Shown one piece after another: positions 58,728-64,000 of a stretch of 64,000 nucleotides of DNA. Each line of letters begins with the position of its first letter. Within the stretch, counting starts at the first letter, position 1. This stretch comes from Vitrella brassicaformis CCMP3155. Lineage: Eukaryota > Protista > Chromerida. The position numbers and the translations under genes are program-made. Where the stretch lies: contig CDMY01000542.1 of NCBI GenBank assembly GCA_001179505.1, forward strand, positions 1 to 64,000, given 5' to 3'. The notes below the pieces were generated by a model that worked only from the letters and a program-made list of their open reading frames with translations, did no database searches and was not told where the DNA came from.

Positions 58728-60823
58728 GATGGACTTCGAGTACACTGACCCTCCCACGCTCTCCCTCGACGCACTGGATCTCGCTGATGAGCCGGTGATG
58801 CGCCTCAGGGCGGCACCCAAGGCACCCAAGCAGAGGCGCGACTCGCGCACTGCCGACAAACAACACGTCACGGTCAGCGGGGAGGCAGAGGAGAGGATGG
58901 CATGGCATGCAGGTGTGCGGGCATCCGTGTGTGTGTGGTTGCTGTGTGCAGGAGGGTCTGCTGCGTAGCTGGAGTCGGTATTTCAAGGGCGGGGAGGACG
59001 ACACCACCACGGCTGAGGGCACGGTTGACGGGACGGCGGCAGACGCAGACGTCGTCATGCAGGATGCAGCAGCCGCTGATAAGAAGGAAACACAGCAAGG
59101 GCAAGGTGAGATAGATGGCGAGGGAGGGAGAATGCTCGTCGACCTGTGTGCCCTGACTGACCTGTTATGTCCCGCTGGCTGCAGCAGCGCCCTCCCGTAG
59201 CTCGTTTCTATCACGGATCAGCCAAGCCATCCTCCGCACACATGCCCCTACCCCCTCCCCTGACCCTGCCCCTCGCCCAGCAGCAGCAGCAGCCGCTGAG
59301 CGCCCCTCTCCCGCCCAGCAGCAGCCCGCCCCCATGACGGCCATCGAGTGCTACAGACCCCCGCCTCCCCCATCCCTACCCCCTCCCGGCCTGCCGACGC
59401 GCTCACAGCAGCCGTGGCGCCCATTCGAGCAGGGCTATGGCGGCGGCGGGTTGGTGCGGCGTCGGGCGGCTGGGGATGGTTATGGTGGGTATCGTGTGGG
59501 TGAGAGGGGCGAGGAGGAGGTGGAGGTGGAGGAGGAGAGTGAGGGCGACGGTCGGGATGGGTTCTGGGGTAGCGTGAGGGAGTGTGCTGTGACGGTCTGC
59601 CTCGTCCTGGTGAGTTGTGGGTGGGGGAGGGTGGGGGAGGGAGGGAGAAAGGCCGTCTGTCGATTCTTGTTGTGTGTATGTGTTGTGCGTCTGTTGTGTG
59701 TGTGTGTGTATGTGTGTGTGTGTGTCAGGTTCTAGTTGGTTTGGTGTACAACTTCGTCTACCTGCCTCACTCGGACGCCTCCTATGAAGCTGACGTGAGT
59801 GAGCCACCACCTACTCGGCCAACCAACGCCCCGCAGCATCACTTGCCTCTGTCTGTTATCCGTTAGAGCATCACTCGCGCCGAAATGGAGGAGCGGCTGG
59901 CCTGCCGAGACAAATATGAGAGCAACAAGTGAGACAGACAGTGACCTGCACACACACACACACACACTCTCTCTCCCATATGGCGTGTCCGTCTGCTCAG
60001 GTGCGAGTTGTGTTTTTCCCAAGAGGGCTGCAAGTTCCCCGCACTCTTTGAGCCGTGCCGGTCGGTCAACAACACAGACACGCACACACACACACACACA
60101 CACAATTGTGCTGGTTGGCTGCAGCGAGTACAAGGCGTGCATGGAGACGGGCCACGAACCACTGGCGAAGCGCTCACAGATACTCGCCAAGAACGTCGCC
60201 CTCGGCATCGACGCCTTCGTGCGCCACCTGTCGTGGTAAGTTAACTCCCACAGAAACAGACAGGGAGGGAACCCCACACAAACAGACAACCTCAGGAAGC
60301 TCTCTCTCTGTTGATGCCTTGGCTGCCCTGCCCTTCACACATACACAGGAAGTCAGTAGTGGTGATCGGCATGCTGCTGTCGGTGCTGGTGCTCTTCTCC
60401 CGGTGCGACCTCCTCCCCCGCCCATGCAGGTGCAACAGACGCTCGGCAAGACAGTCGCGCAAACAGCCCCCCACCAGACGCACTCCATCGCCCCGCCAGC
60501 CGGCCCGGCACCAGGTGCAGCAGCCATATCTCCCCACCTCTCCCCTGCTGCCGCCACACCCACACGTTCATCCACACGCTCATGCTCACCCACCAATGGC
60601 GGCGCTGCCCTCACCGCCGTATTATGCCGGCCCTCCTGCTGCCGCCGCTGCTGGTGGTGGTGGTGCGTATGGGTATGGCCCACAGCATTATGTGGGCGGG
60701 GGCGGTTATGGGTGGCCGGTGGGCGCGCCGCCGTCTTATGATGCGGAGGAGCGACACAGGTACGGCTACGGCCACTATGGCTATGGAAGCGGCGTCTATG
60801 GGCCGCCACCGATGCAGTATTAG
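58728..60823 (+). CDS. Brr6/Brl1-family nuclear envelope protein (two TM helices flanking a Cys-rich luminal loop); multi-exon
   Basis: TM1 CAVTVCLVL|[11 protein letters not shown]. Loop [11 protein letters not shown]|CELC...PALFEPC|REYKACM...[22 protein letters not shown]|[17 protein letters not shown] (TM2) matches the CxxxYxxNxC...PAL..C..W/Y..CM...ISWK pattern. Confidence 0.82.
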
Positions 60824-61618
60824 TGGATGGATGGATGGATGGATGGCTGGTGGGGGGCAGTCCATAGTGTGTGTGAGTGTCTGTCTGTGTGTGTGTCTGT
60901 CTGTCTGTGTGATGGTGTGGGAGACCTTTATACGGTATCTATTTGTCTGTGTATGTCGAGAGCATTGGCCCCACGAGTTCGTGTGTGTCTCGTCAGTCGA
61001 GGGCGGCGCATGATGGCGGCAAGCGACAAGCCGTTTGCCGCCATCGTAGCACGCTCACAGCTGACGCCCCTCACACGAGCTGAGGGGAGCATTGCAGGCA
61101 GACCGACAGGCCGTGTGTTCCTCCTTTATCTGGCCGTGAATAGTGTGTGTGTGTATGTTCGGAGGAAGGAAGACTTGATGGTTCGGTGCGGTGCGATCCT
61201 GGTGCTCGCCTGCGGCTGACTTCTTGCCACCTTCTCCTCATTGGCGTGGCAGTGTCTGCACATACACTAGACGCTGCCGTACCGAGGAGGCGGAGAGGGA
61301 CAGAAGGCAGTGGACGCAGGAAAGCTCAGGCGGGTCTGATGTGAGCGACTTTGTTGCATGAGACAGCTACACATTGATTTGTGTGGGTACCTACGCGTCA
61401 ACGTCAAAAGTTCATCGATACCACACACAGCCATCTGTAGGACAACCTAGCACTCGTCGTCTTAACCAACCAACCACACACTCACACACACACACACAAA
61501 AGCTACCAGTGCTGAAGCTATACCTACACCCACTGTCACAACAAAACACGTGCAACAACATAATCTACAATGGCTGCCAACTAAGCAACGGACCATCATA
61601 ACACCCAATTATCTACAA

Positions 61619-64000
61619 TTAGCTGCTGGCTTGGCGAAACTGCCCATCGTGCGTGCGGACGGGCGGCAGCAGGTCCGTTGGTCGCTGCTCCTGCGCGTGG
61701 GGGTGCAGCGGCAGCCGGCCGATTTCGGGTGTCCGCTGATGGGGCGTCGCAGACATGGGGGTCCGCTGACCTACCACCTGTCATTCACACACGGTGCGCA
61801 CAGACAGGGAGAGGTGGTTTGTTTAAGTGGGTGGGTGGATGGGGCTTGCCATGGCGTCAGTGACGTGCAGTTTATGGCGCAGAATGCTGTTGAACGCGTT
61901 CTGGACCGCATCAAACTGGCACACCAACACTCACTCTGTGTGGGTGTCTGGGTCGGTGCGGTGTGACGGCATGTGTGTGAGCTCACCTACCTTGTTTTCG
62001 TCTTGTTCCTTGATGAGCACGAGCAGCCGTAACTCCTGCCACCTGCTCTTGGTGTGTGCCCCGCTGATGAGGTTGCGCTTCTCGGCCTCACCCTCGATCT
62101 TCACCGCATACGGCACACCGCCCTCTGCATCACACAGCGAGCCACACACACACACAAACACACAGCACAGGCCTTCCTCTGGGTGGGTGAGCGCCTGCCT
62201 GCCTGCCTGCGTGGGTACCTCCGGCCGTCTCGGTGTAGAATCCGACAAAGTCTAGGGGGTTCTTGTCCTTGCTGCCGTGGTGGATCTTGGACACTGGACA
62301 ACACACAGAGGAGCCATCCATGGTGGTGGTGGTGTTTGCCCATGGACAAGTGTACGTACTGTCCACAACGATGTCAGAGGGACACACGCCCTGACAAAAG
62401 GAGGGAGGGATGGAGAGAGGGAAGAAAGCCAGATGGCTGGCTGGCTGATGATCGAGGCGCTGGTTGTGTAGCTCACCCACCGCTCCTTTGGCAATGAGCT
62501 CGTTGAGCTCGTCCACCCCCAAGTTCTCGCACAGCTGTATGTCTTCCTTTTTGTCGAATACGTACTCGGCTGCACCAGTAAAAAACGATGCCGATCTATC
62601 TGCTTGGTGGCTCCCTCACTTACCGACAAATCGGTATATGTTGCGGCAATCGATGCGCCTGAAGAGCTCCTTGGCCCTGCTTGACCGAAACCAACCGTCA
62701 GAAGTGCGCGTGTGTGTGTGTGCAGGGCAGGTGTTCAGCGGACCTCTGTATGCCCGGGTCGCAGAAGCTGTCCTGCCGCTGGCGGATGATCTGCGGACGG
62801 ACATTGACGGCGCATACGGTCAGACAGCCTATATAGCGATGGCTGGGCTGTGGCGTGCTGTGTCTGTGTCCCGTGCGTGTCTGGTGTGTGTGCGTGAGTG
62901 CGTACGTCATCGATATTGTCAGTCAGGTGAAGATAGCCCTCGCAGTCTTTCTCCTGCATCGGCATCAATCACATGACATCACTCACATCCGTCTATGCTT
63001 TTTTTGTGTGTGTGTGCTTGTGTGTCTGTGTGTGTCGCCCACCTCGATGATCCTTCTGAGGCCGAGGGCCTTGGACGCCTGAAAAAGGGCGTCAGTCTTC
63101 TGCACACACACACACACACACACATGGATGGGTGCATTGATGCGTGTATGTCTGTCTGTCTGTCTCTGTGTGTGTGGTTCGGCCACCCACCCACCATGGC
63201 CTCGAAGGCAAGGGTCTTCCTGTGCGTGTAGAGAATCTTGAACAGACGCTGACACACGCAGAACGAGAAAACAATGCCGTCCGTGTGGGGAAGAGAGCAG
63301 GTCGTCTGTCTGTCTGTCTGTCTGTGTGCGTACAAATCGTGTCTGGACGAGCTCGGCCACTGCCGGCACCTCCTTGCTGTTGTAGCAGATCTCGCCGTCA
63401 GGCATCACCGTGGCGAAACGCAGCAGACGGCCGGGGTTGTACCTTCACAGAGAGAGAGAGAGAGAGAGAACGAGTCACTGATGGACAGGGCGGCGTGATT
63501 CTTTTGCTGCTCTCACTCTCACTTTGGCAGGGAGTTGGGCGATGTGCTGGCGTCTCGTTGGAGGTAGTCCATCCTATAGACATGCAACACACCACACCAC
63601 ACCATACGCACGTACACACGTCCACGATCCGTTTGTGTGGGTGTGAGCTGAGCTGAGATGCCGTTCTCGAGCTGAGCGAGATGCCGTTCTCACTTGTCCG
63701 TGTCGAGGCCGTTCCTCTTGTTGTTGACGATGTCATACGCCGCCCGCTCGAGTGCAAAGATGGGGTGGTCGCCCACCACACGATGCTGGGTGGGGTCGAT
63801 ACTGAAGAAACCCACGGAGGCAGAGAAGGAAAGAGATCGCGGTGCGGTGGGTGCGTGAGAGTGTCTTTCGTCTGTGTCCCACTGACTGACCCTTCGATCA
63901 TCTCCTTGACAGTCGTGCGGCCATTGAGTGCATCAATCACCTCACCCGCCGTCGTGTTGTTGTCGATGAGGTACTCGAACAGCTTGAGCGACATGTCCTC
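61619..64000 (-). CDS. SAMHD1: SAMHD1-like HD-domain dNTP triphosphohydrolase, C-terminal part (5' end outside window)
   Basis: EDMSLKLFEYLIDNN; YDIVNNKRNGLDTDK; GEICYNSKE; TRF|RLFKILYTHRKTLAFEAMV; YLHLTDNI; AKELFRRIDCRNIYRFVG; KIHHGSKDKNPLDFVGFY. Confidence 0.88.

Noticed and set aside
58445-58774. 110-aa N-terminal extension of the HIS6 ORF
   Set aside because: Runs through the divergent promoter into the Brr6/Brl1 gene. Family homology starts at [11 protein letters not shown] shorter targeting extension is not excluded.
61011-61344. Short plus-strand ORFs between Brr6/Brl1 and SAMHD1
   Set aside because: No homology or splice support; probably 3' UTR sequence of the convergent genes.
63645-63692. 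Tandem about 23-bp duplication (gagctgag..atgccgttctc); also a 16-bp tandem at 57390-57422
   Set aside because: Intronic or UTR slippage duplications with no evident function.
1-64000. Transposase, reverse transcriptase, rRNA, tRNA or CRISPR features
   Set aside because: No DDE, RT, integrase or cas motifs, and no tRNA T-loop/cloverleaf or rRNA-like tracts, seen by eye. tRNAscan-SE, Infernal and RepeatModeler would be needed to exclude them formally.

Overview
Intron-rich eukaryotic nuclear DNA with high GC. Short introns are filled with (CA/TG)n, (GACA)n and (CATC)n microsatellites. Composition, intron style and gene families suggest a chromerid alveolate such as Vitrella brassicaformis (inference from style, not a database match). 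I reconstructed about 24 protein-coding genes by hand-splicing at GT-AG (one GC-AG) junctions. Recognisable genes: SPO11 (one + copy truncated by the left edge, and three overlapping - copies split by 300-N gaps), an R2R3-Myb, LSM2, a bromodomain/ET/AT-hook protein, a HalD/BesD-like 2OG-Fe(II) dioxygenase, an outer-dynein-arm docking-complex-like protein, a SMYD methyltransferase, a full-architecture GPR155/LYCHOS homologue, a UBE3D-like protein, HIS6, a Brr6/Brl1 protein and a SAMHD1-like dNTPase (truncated by the right edge). Local paralogue sets stand out: two F-box-like genes, three signal-peptide-bearing PEBP-like genes, and two TPR-like genes sharing an unnamed C-terminal domain. Other leads are an apparent intron gain by exon duplication, a 33-bp direct repeat bracketing an F-box/ankyrin cassette, and a candidate upstream motif (TTGCGAGCTT-like) in divergent promoters. 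I saw no rRNA, tRNA, CRISPR or transposase. Exon boundaries are manual predictions.
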